From contig OW818675.1 in assembly GCA_942493095.1 (NCBI GenBank), positions 2,130,001 through 2,162,000 on the forward strand: 32,000 nt of DNA, read 5' to 3'. Shown here in pieces: positions 8,996 to 17,703 of the stretch (positions are counted from its first letter, which is position 1; every line of letters begins with the position of its first letter). The notes under the pieces were generated by a model. The model was not told the origin of the DNA and ran no database searches. It worked only from the letters and a program-made list of their open reading frames with translations. The stretch comes from Candidatus Electronema halotolerans (GTDB lineage Bacteria > Desulfobacterota > Desulfobulbia > Desulfobulbales > Desulfobulbaceae). The position numbers were made by a program, and so were the translations under genes.

Positions 8996-10699
8996 ATGGA
9001 TACTTCTATAGATATTTGGAGATTAGCAGCAGGGCTGTCGGTGTTTCTCTACGGCATGTTTCTGCTGGAGGATGCTGTCAAAATCATGTCAGGCCGGGCT
9101 TTCCGCCGGATGATCCGGCTTTATACGGATGGCCGCATCCGTTCCATCGGCAGCGGCACCTTGGTCACGGCCATTCTTCAGTCCAGCTCGGCAGTCTCGC
9201 TCATGGTGCTGGCCTTTGTCGGCGGCGGCGTGATGAGCATGGAAAACGGCATCGGCGTGCTGATGGGGGCCAATATCGGCACCACCTTCACCGCGTGGAT
9301 TGTCGCCGCCTTTGGATTCAAAGTGAAGATTGAAACTCTGGCTTTTCCGGTGATAGCCTGCGCCGGACTGATCTTCGCAGTGGCCAATCCCTCCTCAAAA
9401 ATTTTTCAGGCCAGCAGACTGCTGATCGGCTTCGGCTTTCTCTTTCTTGGTCTCGATTTCATGAAAAGCAGCGTGGAGACTTTTGCCGAACATGTTGATC
9501 TGAGTGCAATTGCCGGTTACGGGGTATGGATATATCTGGTCTTTGGCACAGCCATGACCGCCCTGATGCAGGCGAGTGCCGCCGCCATCGCGGTCATTCT
9601 CACCGGCCTGTACAGCGGCCTGCTCGACTTTGAAACTTCCTTGGCTATGGTGATCGGAGCCAACATCGGCACCACAGTGACTGTGCTGCTCGGAGCCATT
9701 GGCGGCACTCCCCCGAAAAAACGGGTGGCAGCCAGTCATCTTGTCTTCAATCTGATCACCGGTGCTGTCGCCTTTGCCGCTCTCCATCCTTTGGCCGAAT
9801 TTGTCGGTCTGTTTTTCAAGATTCCTGACAACGCGGTGATGGGGCTGGCTCTTTTTCATACAATATTCAATGTAATAGGTGTCTTGATCTTTTTTCCCTT
9901 TGTCGGCCTGCTGGCCCGCTTTCTGATGCGATTTTTTCCAGACCGGAAAGAAATTCTCACCGTCTATCTTAACAATGATCCAACAGAGGTTCCAGAAGAG
10001 GGCGCGGAGGCACTGCGCAAGGAAATACTCCATCTTCTTGAGGAATGCCAGCTCTATGCGCTCAGAACCTTTGGCATTGACGACAAATTGGTTTTTGACC
10101 GCCTGCTGCCTTTTGAAAAAAATTTTGGCAAATGCACCCTGCCGGATTTTTACGACCGGGTCAAGCTCCTGCATGGTGAGATTGTTGAGTTTTATGCCAA
10201 ACTGCTCCAGGTGAATTTGGAAAAAGATGAGACCAAGGATTTGGAACGGATCATCTACGCCTCCCGCAACGTGATGAACTCTGTAAAAAATATCAAAGGA
10301 ATCCGGCATAACATCGGGGAATTTGACAGCTCGGACAACGAGCATCTGAACCAGCAGTACCGGCTTTTCCGCCGTCGGCTGATCAGCTTGTATCACCGGG
10401 TCAACAGCTTTCTGGTCCTGAAGGATCAGGAGAAGCAGCACCAGAGCCTGCTGAAAATGGCCATGCAGATTGAAGAGGAGGACAAGCGGTTTGTCAGCAC
10501 CGTCATGAAGCTGGCAGCGGAAAAAAACATCCATGAGCTGGAAATCTCCTCCCTGCTCATGGCCAACCGTCTCTTCAGCCAGTCCTGCCGTCTCCAAGTC
10601 TTTGCCCTCAAGGACCTGCTGCTCAAGGAAAAAGAAATCAGCGACTTTGACCGGGCTATGGATGCCAAAGAAACGCCGCAGGAGGCACAGGGAAAATGA
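8996..10699 (+). CDS. Na+/phosphate cotransporter family protein (NptA-like with C-terminal PhoU-like helices)
   Basis: Duplicated motif (A)ILQSSSA...GANIGTT appears at both halves, with multiple TM segments. The start is placed at MDTSIDIW (ATG 8996). Confidence 0.85.
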   Translation: MDTSIDIWRLAAGLSVFLYGMFLLEDAVKIMSGRAFRRMIRLYTDGRIRSIGSGTLVTAILQSSSAVSLMVLAFVGGGVMSMENGIGVLMGANIGTTFTAWIVAAFGFKVKIETLAFPVIACAGLIFAVANPSSKIFQASRLLIGFGFLFLGLDFMKSSVETFAEHVDLSAIAGYGVWIYLVFGTAMTALMQASAAAIAVILTGLYSGLLDFETSLAMVIGANIGTTVTVLLGAIGGTPPKKRVAASHLVFNLITGAVAFAALHPLAEFVGLFFKIPDNAVMGLALFHTIFNVIGVLIFFPFVGLLARFLMRFFPDRKEILTVYLNNDPTEVPEEGAEALRKEILHLLEECQLYALRTFGIDDKLVFDRLLPFEKNFGKCTLPDFYDRVKLLHGEIVEFYAKLLQVNLEKDETKDLERIIYASRNVMNSVKNIKGIRHNIGEFDSSDNEHLNQQYRLFRRRLISLYHRVNSFLVLKDQEKQHQSLLKMAMQIEEEDKRFVSTVMKLAAEKNIHELEISSLLMANRLFSQSCRLQVFALKDLLLKEKEISDFDRAMDAKETPQEAQGK

Positions 10700-10811
10700 C
10701 AGTCCGCAAGGCTGATTTTTCTTTTGACAAAAATACGTCTCAAGACAAGAATAACACCCGTTATCGGCAAAACAGGCTGAAGGTGATCAACTCGTCAAGC
10801 AAGGAGAAAAA

Positions 10812-11447
10812 ATGGGCATCAGCATGAAAAAGGCCATATTGTTCAGTGTCATGTCGCTGTGCTTCACTGTGGCGGCGCATTCTGAAGAACCGGCAAAAAC
10901 GGTCAAGGTGACAGACAGTTCATTCAAATGCCTGCATCAGATGAAAAAAGTGCGCAACATGCACGTTGACAATCTGCTGGGCAATCTTGAAGGAACCTTG
11001 GCTGTTGCCAATGCCGCCGCAGGCGGTGTCTATCCTCCGGGCACCGTGGTGCAGACGCTGCCGGGAGAGGCTATGGTGAAGCTGGACAAAGGAGCCAGTC
11101 CGGCCACCAATGACTGGGAATTCTTTGTCCTTGAGATCACGCCTGCGGGCAGCAGGATCAAGGAGCGCGGTTTTGCCGAGGTGACGAGTCTGCTGGGCGG
11201 CAGCTGCCTCACCTGTCACAGCCAGGCGAAAGCGCAATGGGACATGATTTGCGAGCAGGGCCACGGCTGCAATCCGATTGAGCTGCCCGGCATTGACACC
11301 CAGCTGCTGATCAAAGCATTGCAGAAAACAGACCCGCGCTGCCCGCCGCCTGAAGCAATCACAAAGGAGGAGATGACAGAGTTAGGCAAGCTGCAGGAAC
11401 TGCTTGTCCAGCGGGCGACCACTGCGGCTGTGCTACAGCCGGAATAA
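10812..11447 (+). CDS. periplasmic protein with a single CXXCH haem-c motif (possibly cytochrome P460-like)
   Basis: AAGGAG sits 6 nt upstream of the ATG. Signal peptide MGISMKKAILFSVMSLCFTVAAHS. One CLTCH motif near the C-terminal third, preceded by DWEFF. Family assignment is tentative. Confidence 0.55.
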   Translation: MGISMKKAILFSVMSLCFTVAAHSEEPAKTVKVTDSSFKCLHQMKKVRNMHVDNLLGNLEGTLAVANAAAGGVYPPGTVVQTLPGEAMVKLDKGASPATNDWEFFVLEITPAGSRIKERGFAEVTSLLGGSCLTCHSQAKAQWDMICEQGHGCNPIELPGIDTQLLIKALQKTDPRCPPPEAITKEEMTELGKLQELLVQRATTAAVLQPE

Positions 11448-11497
11448 GGCTGTCCGCCGGACTGCTCAAGACAGGCTAAAGAAACGCAGGGCATTTG

Positions 11498-12055
11498 TCA
11501 TGACTTTGCCCTGCGCCGCAGCTTTTTGTCGTACCGATCCTGTTCACTGTAGATGCAGCCGCAGTAAGGCTGGCGGTAGAGATTCATGGCAATGGCTTCA
11601 TCAATGCCCTGCTGCCAGCCTTCGCGGAAATCGTGATAAAAAAAGCGGCAGCCGAACTGGGCGGCCAAGGCATGGCCCTTGCTGTGCAACAGGCTGTGGT
11701 TCTGATATTTGGAATAGAGCAGGGTGCTGGTGAAAGCATCAAAGCCTTGGGCAGCGGCCCGTTCAGCGGTCGGCAGCAGACGCAGGTCATAGCAGAGGCC
11801 GCAGCGGCTGCTGCGCTCCTCATGAAAGACGACCCGGCGGAGGAAATCGCGCAGGCCATAGCTGCGGTCAATCTCCACCTGAAAATCAGTCTGCCGGGCA
11901 AAGTCTTCCAAGGCGGCAATCCGCCGCCGGAATTCGCGGTACGGGTGGATGTTGGGATTATGAAACCAGCCTGTCACCTCGTGCCCTTGCTGGCGGAGAA
12001 AAGCCAGCGGATACACTGTGCAGGGACCGCAGCAGACATGAAGCAGGATTTTCAT
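11498..12055 (-). CDS. queH: epoxyqueuosine reductase QueH (DUF208)
   Basis: MKILLHVCCGPC N-terminus, the CxxC region CGLCYDLRL and C-terminal YRQPYCGCIYS, which are the characteristic QueH Cys ligand pattern. The start overlaps the upstream gene stop (ATGA). Confidence 0.85.
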   Translation of the reverse strand: MKILLHVCCGPCTVYPLAFLRQQGHEVTGWFHNPNIHPYREFRRRIAALEDFARQTDFQVEIDRSYGLRDFLRRVVFHEERSSRCGLCYDLRLLPTAERAAAQGFDAFTSTLLYSKYQNHSLLHSKGHALAAQFGCRFFYHDFREGWQQGIDEAIAMNLYRQPYCGCIYSEQDRYDKKLRRRAKS

Positions 12056-12843
12056 GTATCCATGCAGCATTTTTTGTACTTCTTCCCACTGCCGCAGGGA
12101 CAGGCATCGTTTCTGCCGATCTTGCGCTGGCCTCCCTTCTTTTTTTTCTCAGGGGCAAAATAATCAGCAAGCGAGAAACGAGGCGGGGGCGTGGAGCGTT
12201 TTTCCCGCAGGCCCAAATCCATTTCCACGTCCTCCAGATCACCATGAATGCTCACGTCAACGCAGTTTTCCTGATACGCCTGCTGAATGACCGGCATGGC
12301 CTCGACTGCCTTGAGATCGATCAGGCAGCTGATGAGCAATCCGTTGAATGTCGGGTCATTTTTTGCATACTGGGTCAGCGGTCGTTCTATGCGGTTGATG
12401 CAGTTCTGCCGGAGTTCAGGATGCTGCTGCGCCATAGCGACCAGCCCTTCCGCTATTGAGGTCCTTGAATACATGGGATGCTTTTCATCCGCAAGATAGT
12501 GCGCCATCGGACGGAAGGCAGGCTGACCGATCATGGCTAATGCTTTTGGTATATCCTCTTGCGCCCACTCGTCCTCCTCGTCCAGATCGAACCGCTCCAG
12601 CAGCGGCTGCACCGTCTCCGCCGCCCGAAGATTGCCAAGAATCCGCCAGGCATAAACTGGCGCATAGACGGTATCGTCTTCAGTATTTGCCCAGTTCAGT
12701 TTTTCATCCACAATCATGCGGAGCAGTTCCGGCAGATGCTCTTGGGTGATGCCCAGTTCGTTGTACTTGCTCCATTCATCACGTGGGTTCGGCCTGCCCA
12801 AGGTCAGCAGGGCGGCAACCGGTTCGGTGTATTGCGTGTCCAT
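12052..12843 (-). CDS. SEC-C metal-binding motif protein (DUF1186-like)
   Basis: C-terminal NDACPCGSGKKYKKCC is the SEC-C motif. The N-terminal alpha-helical body is recalled as DUF1186-like. The ATG at 12843 is preferred over the TTG at 12858. Confidence 0.7.
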   Translation of the reverse strand: MDTQYTEPVAALLTLGRPNPRDEWSKYNELGITQEHLPELLRMIVDEKLNWANTEDDTVYAPVYAWRILGNLRAAETVQPLLERFDLDEEDEWAQEDIPKALAMIGQPAFRPMAHYLADEKHPMYSRTSIAEGLVAMAQQHPELRQNCINRIERPLTQYAKNDPTFNGLLISCLIDLKAVEAMPVIQQAYQENCVDVSIHGDLEDVEMDLGLREKRSTPPPRFSLADYFAPEKKKKGGQRKIGRNDACPCGSGKKYKKCCMDT

Positions 12844-12870
12844 AGTTTTTTTTTGCAAAAATTGGCTGAA

Positions 12871-13197
12871 TTAACATCTTGGCTGCATGAGTTTCTCAAC
12901 CAGCCTGTAAACAGTTGTGCCAGCAGTTTTTGGCCAGGCCGGGCATGGAGGCGTGTCGCGCAGTTTGGCCCGCTGAACGGCTTGGCTGATTCTGTCTTGG
13001 GTGAATTTTCGGGTATCAATTCCTTTATCGTAATCCGGGAGATACTGCCTCAAACGCTCTGAACATTGCGCCGAAGATTGAACGCCTTTTGCCTCGTCAA
13101 AGTGCAGGAACAGCCAAAACAACAGAGAAGAGGTCGGGAGCAGAATCAGGCGAGACAAATTTAAGCGTATCCTTGAACGCATAGGCTGTACGGCCAT
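12871..13197 (-). CDS. hypothetical ORF or gene remnant at the island border
   Basis: Only an open frame with no recognisable motifs. The upstream part of the tracked ORF overlaps the next gene. It sits exactly where base composition changes. Confidence 0.2.
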   Translation of the reverse strand: MAVQPMRSRIRLNLSRLILLPTSSLLFWLFLHFDEAKGVQSSAQCSERLRQYLPDYDKGIDTRKFTQDRISQAVQRAKLRDTPPCPAWPKTAGTTVYRLVEKLMQPRC

Positions 13198-13264
13198 GCC
13201 AGACCCAATTTTTATGCGGGATATGAAACTGCGGTGCGCGTGCATGGTCAGCACCAACCCTTTG

Positions 13265-14377
13265 TTATACAGCCTTTCGATATTTAGCGAATTCTTCTTG
13301 AATAATCGCTTCAACCTGCTTTATCCCGCCATGAAAAATATCAATCTGTTGCTCCTTCATTTTGTCCAAAATATTGGCAAGTACATTTTTGTCATGTATC
13401 ATCATGCTATATTCTGAAAATTTTCGATTCTCAAAAATTTCCACATTGGTGGCTTTACGGAAAATATAAAAGACTATTGTTTTTTCGATTACTTCCCTCA
13501 AAGTCTGGTCATCAATAAACGTGTACATTATAAGAACTAAATAGCGAAAAGTGATACCAAATCGTATGTATGGAATGATCCTCAGATATAGACATATCAA
13601 CAAAACATCCATAATCTGAGATACCCATGAATATAAGGCGATAAGAAATATCTGCGGTTCTGACTGCTCCTTCGCCAGCACCAAGAAATTCATTTGGGTG
13701 TTACAATGTCGCTCCAATTTCTCTCTCAGAGACATGTCTTCGCTGTCGTCTTCATTAAAGACTAACTTTTGGGATACATAGGGGAGCATTGCATTCTCGA
13801 TCTGTTCGAACGTCTCGTACTGATGGCAAAAATCATCCTGACTGGTAAACTCTTTATCGAATGAACTTGAAAGGAAATTGAGAAAAAATTTTCCAAGTAG
13901 TTCGTGACGTTCTTCCTCGTCTTTTACTGAGAGTTGCCGAATAGGCAATATAAAGAAAGTATTCTGGTAATGCGTTAAAATCTCTATCGTATCAGAAAAC
14001 ACTCGATTGAAATATTCGATTGTTTCCGTACTGTCAACCCTATCTTCTTGGCTTCTAAAAAATTGTTCTATCTTTAGAAATGGGTCGAAAAGCAAATGAT
14101 AATCGCCGAGTGATTTGAAATAAAAGTGTTCATAGTCGGATATGTTTAAATATATCGCACCGCATAACACAAAACATGAGTTAGTTTCGGTTAATTCTTC
14201 AAGCTCAAAATAAATTACGTCGAGTCGTTCTAACCAGAAGAATTTCACTTCATCTAAAAACAGTGCTATTGTCCTAAAGGTTATCCCATCCGTTCGAAAT
14301 ACGTTTTCAAAATCAGCGATTAGCTCCTGATACTCCGCTTGAAATCTTTGAATGTTCTCAGGATATTGAATAGCCAT
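13265..14377 (-). CDS. hypothetical protein (370 aa), no recognisable family
   Basis: Long uninterrupted ORF in AT-rich DNA, where random stops are frequent. It overlaps the upstream ORF by 20 nt. The C-terminal third has hydrophobic stretches (IFLIALYSWVSQIMDVLLICLYLRIIPYIRF). Confidence 0.6.
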   Translation of the reverse strand: MAIQYPENIQRFQAEYQELIADFENVFRTDGITFRTIALFLDEVKFFWLERLDVIYFELEELTETNSCFVLCGAIYLNISDYEHFYFKSLGDYHLLFDPFLKIEQFFRSQEDRVDSTETIEYFNRVFSDTIEILTHYQNTFFILPIRQLSVKDEEERHELLGKFFLNFLSSSFDKEFTSQDDFCHQYETFEQIENAMLPYVSQKLVFNEDDSEDMSLREKLERHCNTQMNFLVLAKEQSEPQIFLIALYSWVSQIMDVLLICLYLRIIPYIRFGITFRYLVLIMYTFIDDQTLREVIEKTIVFYIFRKATNVEIFENRKFSEYSMMIHDKNVLANILDKMKEQQIDIFHGGIKQVEAIIQEEFAKYRKAV

Positions 14378-15836
14378 TTTTTAGTTCCTTTGGTACGTTA
14401 TAGATGCCAGTCAATAAGGAAAGCAGTTTCTGCATTGTTTTAAAACTGTCGGCTTTTACATCTGGGAGTTCTTGATTTGAATTAATGTCTGGAATTGCAT
14501 GATATTGATGAGCAGCATTATCACAGTGCACCATAGCACTCTCTCTAACCGCCCCCCATAGACCATGAGCAAAACTGGAATCATAATCATAAAAAAGATC
14601 GAACAGTTCTTTTTCATCGGCTTCTATACTTTTTTCTCTTATTCCATGCTTGTCAAAGTACTTCAAGTCAACATCTATAAACTCTTCCCATCGAATCTCA
14701 TTAACTAACGCATCGACTATTAGAGGAATAAAATGCGCAGTGTTGTCTAAATCGGTTTCACGGGCTTTTAGTAAAATCAGTTTATATTTACTAATACCAT
14801 AGAGTTTATATTCCTCCCATATGTCGTGATTTGAGACTTCTCGTTTGAGGAGGTATTTGAGTATAATTAATATTTCAATAATAGTTCTAACTCCGTGACG
14901 ACCAAGAATACTATTACCCAGTGATTTCTCTGTTAGTTCAATAAAGATTTTTAGTGCATAAGTGATCGACCCCACAATGACATCAAACTTGTCTTCAGCA
15001 AGAGATTTTTCCTTGTTTGAGTGAATAATATATTCCAAAGTTTTTTGAAATTGTCTGATAAAATCTTTGTAGGTGTATTTATTTTGGTCAAAAACTATGC
15101 TTACAGGCTTACATGAAGTTATCATGCCAATATCTATCCAGAATTGTTTACAAAAATCGTTGTTGTTATTTTCTAAAGTCCCACTATATCCACCTTCCAT
15201 ACTTCTAATAGCTGGTCGATACTTCCTCATCTTTTCATCACTATGCTCTGTGTATGGATATTCTTTTAATGCTTCGATTGTCATCGTGAGACCTTTCGCA
15301 ACCCGGAGTTTATCACTAAATATTAAAAAACTTAACGATAAAAACCTTAGATCGGTTGTTTCATCTGATCCTGATGAGAAATATATTTCAATAGCTCTCA
15401 ATAGATATTTAATTCTACTCTCAAACCCAAATTGTGGGATATTGAAAAAATCATTAAACACTGGATATGTCAAAGGGCGATACAAGACTGTTAATGGCGA
15501 GAGAACTTTCTTGTCTATAATTGTTGAAACTATTGTAAAGAGAGTATGTTGGTCTTCATCTGAAAGCCCAAAAACCATAGACAGCCGAGGATGGGGTAAA
15601 TTATGCACTTTTTTTGATATATCCAGCAATACTCTACCGGCTTTCTCAAGCCCTTCTTCTCTACCATAATAAAGCAAAATCAGGCCTAACCAGAGATATT
15701 CTGGCATCCTTTCCTTGCCCCAAGAACTTAGAGTTAGCTGATCGCGAAGCCTATCATTGAGAGGAGTTGCTACAATTCCTTGCTTTTTATGCAAACGATG
15801 CTCACTCAAACGACTCACATCTTTTCTTCTCTTCAT
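14358..15836 (-). CDS. hypothetical protein (492 aa); C-terminal helical region faintly reminiscent of DUF5677-type proteins
   Basis: Long ORF in AT-rich DNA with no P-loop, nuclease or other catalytic motif that I can recognise. The DUF5677 resemblance (RTIIEILIILKYLLK ... YDYDSSFAHGLWGAV) is from memory and unverified. Confidence 0.6.
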   Translation of the reverse strand: MKRRKDVSRLSEHRLHKKQGIVATPLNDRLRDQLTLSSWGKERMPEYLWLGLILLYYGREEGLEKAGRVLLDISKKVHNLPHPRLSMVFGLSDEDQHTLFTIVSTIIDKKVLSPLTVLYRPLTYPVFNDFFNIPQFGFESRIKYLLRAIEIYFSSGSDETTDLRFLSLSFLIFSDKLRVAKGLTMTIEALKEYPYTEHSDEKMRKYRPAIRSMEGGYSGTLENNNNDFCKQFWIDIGMITSCKPVSIVFDQNKYTYKDFIRQFQKTLEYIIHSNKEKSLAEDKFDVIVGSITYALKIFIELTEKSLGNSILGRHGVRTIIEILIILKYLLKREVSNHDIWEEYKLYGISKYKLILLKARETDLDNTAHFIPLIVDALVNEIRWEEFIDVDLKYFDKHGIREKSIEADEKELFDLFYDYDSSFAHGLWGAVRESAMVHCDNAAHQYHAIPDINSNQELPDVKADSFKTMQKLLSLLTGIYNVPKELKNGYSIS

Positions 15837-15941
15837 TCTGCAAACAGTCCTTAAATGTTAAAAGATTATGTTGATTGCTGTATAACCAAAGATACACCGG
15901 TCTAAATGCGGCACTTATCAATTAAATCAAGTAGCTGATGA

Positions 15942-16502
15942 TCATTGTTCTGTCTCCGTCCCCTGACAACGCAAATAAGCAGCCTGCAACACCAGAGGGA
16001 AGTTGAAGCGCTCTTCCGGCTTGCCCCATTCCGCATAGCCCATGCTGACCCAGCCGCCCTGATTGATCCAGTCCTCGTAGCCGAATTTCCAGCCCTCCCA
16101 GTCATCCTGACAGCTGTAGGGCTGGTCCGGGCCGTAATAGATAAAACGCATCCCATCCTCATCCTTGGATAGACGGGTTCTGCCGATCAGGAGCATGTCT
16201 GCGCCGTAAAAGGCTGCCTCTTGCTCCGCCGCTTGGGCGATGCTCAGGCCGGTGGCTCCTGTCGGAGTCCAGATCAGCAGATGCGCAAAGACCTTGCAGC
16301 CGGGCTGGGCCTGCTCGGCCTGAAAAATCGTCCGCGCCTGACCGGTCGATGGGTAGGTGAAAGCCGGGCTGATTTGCTGCTTGGGCACCAAGGGCATTTT
16401 CTCCCAGACCTCCTTTGCTTTTTCTTTGACCGAGCAGCCGGAGAGCAGGGAAAGAGCTGCTACCAGCAGCAGCAGGGGCTTGCGCATTCTGCCTGTGATC
16501 AT
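15942..16502 (-). CDS. lipoprotein, function unknown
   Basis: Signal peptide with lipobox LLSGC (MRKPLLLLVAALSLLSGC). GGAG lies upstream of the ATG at 16502. Confidence 0.7.
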   Translation of the reverse strand: MITGRMRKPLLLLVAALSLLSGCSVKEKAKEVWEKMPLVPKQQISPAFTYPSTGQARTIFQAEQAQPGCKVFAHLLIWTPTGATGLSIAQAAEQEAAFYGADMLLIGRTRLSKDEDGMRFIYYGPDQPYSCQDDWEGWKFGYEDWINQGGWVSMGYAEWGKPEERFNFPLVLQAAYLRCQGTETEQ

Positions 16503-16545
16503 GCTTTGCTCCGCAGGAGTTGAATGAGACTGCTGAAAGAGACGC

Positions 16546-17142
16546 TTATTTCCGCACCCGCATCAGGCATTTCCAGAAACGGGGCGGTTCAGGCTTTTTG
16601 GAATCGAGCAGAAAGGATTCCAAGCTGAGTATCTCAAAAAACGGCTCAACGCTGGCGCAGATTTGGGCGGCGGAAAGCCGGGGCGGCCCTTGTCCTTCAG
16701 AGGGCTGATCGCTGTTGCCCATCAAGCTGAACCAGAGGCCGCCGCGCTCCAAGCAGGAGGCGGCCTGCCGAGCAAACTGGCTGCGCTGCTCCTCGTTCAT
16801 GACGTGAAAGCAGCCCCGGTCAAAGAGCAGAGCAAACTGCTCCGGCTCCAGTTCGCTGGTGAGGAAGTTGGCCTCAACAAACGTGCAGGACGCGCTCTGC
16901 TCCTCGGCCCGCTGTTGGGCAGCAGCCACAGCCTTGGCGGAAATATCCATGCCTGTGACCTGATGCCCCTGCTTGGCCATCCAGACGGAATTGGCCCCAG
17001 TGCCGCAGCCCACCTCCAAAATCTTGCCGGTGAACACAGGCCATGAGGAAAAAAGCTGCATCAGGCAGCAGGTTGGACGGCCTGTGTCCCAAGGCAGCTC
17101 GTTCTGCGCATAGCGTTGATCCCACTCATGCTTTTCCAGCAT
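16546..17142 (-). CDS. class I SAM-dependent methyltransferase (TPMT-like)
   Basis: WDQRY...LPWD N-terminus and SAM motif I ILEVGCGTGANS, followed by VTGMDIS. The start is set at MLEKHEW (ATG 17142). Confidence 0.8.
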   Translation of the reverse strand: MLEKHEWDQRYAQNELPWDTGRPTCCLMQLFSSWPVFTGKILEVGCGTGANSVWMAKQGHQVTGMDISAKAVAAAQQRAEEQSASCTFVEANFLTSELEPEQFALLFDRGCFHVMNEEQRSQFARQAASCLERGGLWFSLMGNSDQPSEGQGPPRLSAAQICASVEPFFEILSLESFLLDSKKPEPPRFWKCLMRVRK

Positions 17143-17162
17143 GGCTCTCTCCTTGATGAAAT

Positions 17163-17552
17163 TTATTTTTCCAGGGTGATCTGCAAAGGGATGCAGTGCA
17201 GCCCCCGGCTGACCTGCTGGGTGCGGCCTAATTGCCATTCGCCGCATTTGGTGCCGTTGCCTAATTTCTTCTCCACATCAGCGACCAAGCCGTCAAGATT
17301 GATCACTTTGTGCCGGGAAAAAACCTCTGGCAGGCCGCTGGTGAGATTGCAGGCCAAGCAGCGGCCAGGCCGCTCGTGCAGGTCCAAGCTGAACTGGAGG
17401 GTGTTGGCCTCCGCGCCTTTGAAGCTCAGGGCAATGTCATACGCGCCTTCGCTCGCATCGCCGAACAGGGCTTCAAAAAAATCCGCAGTGCGCTGGGGCG
17501 GGAAAAGCTCTTGGAGCACATCGTCAGTGAAAATTTCGTTCATGGAATTCAT
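17163..17552 (-). CDS. conserved hypothetical protein
   Basis: Compact ORF directly upstream of the methyltransferase with a 20-nt gap. The start is chosen at MNSMNEIF. No family is recognised with confidence. Confidence 0.5.
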   Translation of the reverse strand: MNSMNEIFTDDVLQELFPPQRTADFFEALFGDASEGAYDIALSFKGAEANTLQFSLDLHERPGRCLACNLTSGLPEVFSRHKVINLDGLVADVEKKLGNGTKCGEWQLGRTQQVSRGLHCIPLQITLEK

Positions 17553-17703
17553 GGTCGTTGTTATGCTTTGCTGTTGATCAGATTGCGTTTGCGAAAATGT
17601 ACTCAGCAGGCTGGAACCTGTCAACAGTGATTGCAGGCCGCAGGCGGCTGTGGTAAAAGAATCGCGCAAACGGCAGCGCAGATCACTCTTTCCCGCAGCG
17701 GCA

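Larger units (their letters stand above)
13198..15900. other. AT-rich (by eye about one-third GC) putative horizontally acquired island carrying two ORFs
   Basis: Abrupt compositional switch relative to both flanks. Inverted repeat CTTTGTTATACAGC (13260-13273) / GCTGTATAACCAAAG (15877-15891) lies at the borders. No integrase or tRNA is visible. Confidence 0.5.

Noticed and set aside
11485-11515. Bidirectional terminator CGCAGGGCA-N13-TGCCCTGCG between the CXXCH gene and queH
   Set aside because: The 9-bp stem is real, but its 3' arm lies inside the last codons of queH and there is no U-tract on either strand. It is too uncertain to list as a feature.
12859-13264. tRNA or integrase at the island border as an integration landmark
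   Set aside because: I found no cloverleaf-like sequence or GTTCGAATC-type T-arm on either flank (12859-13264, 15837-15941). The 12871-13197 ORF shows no recombinase motifs.
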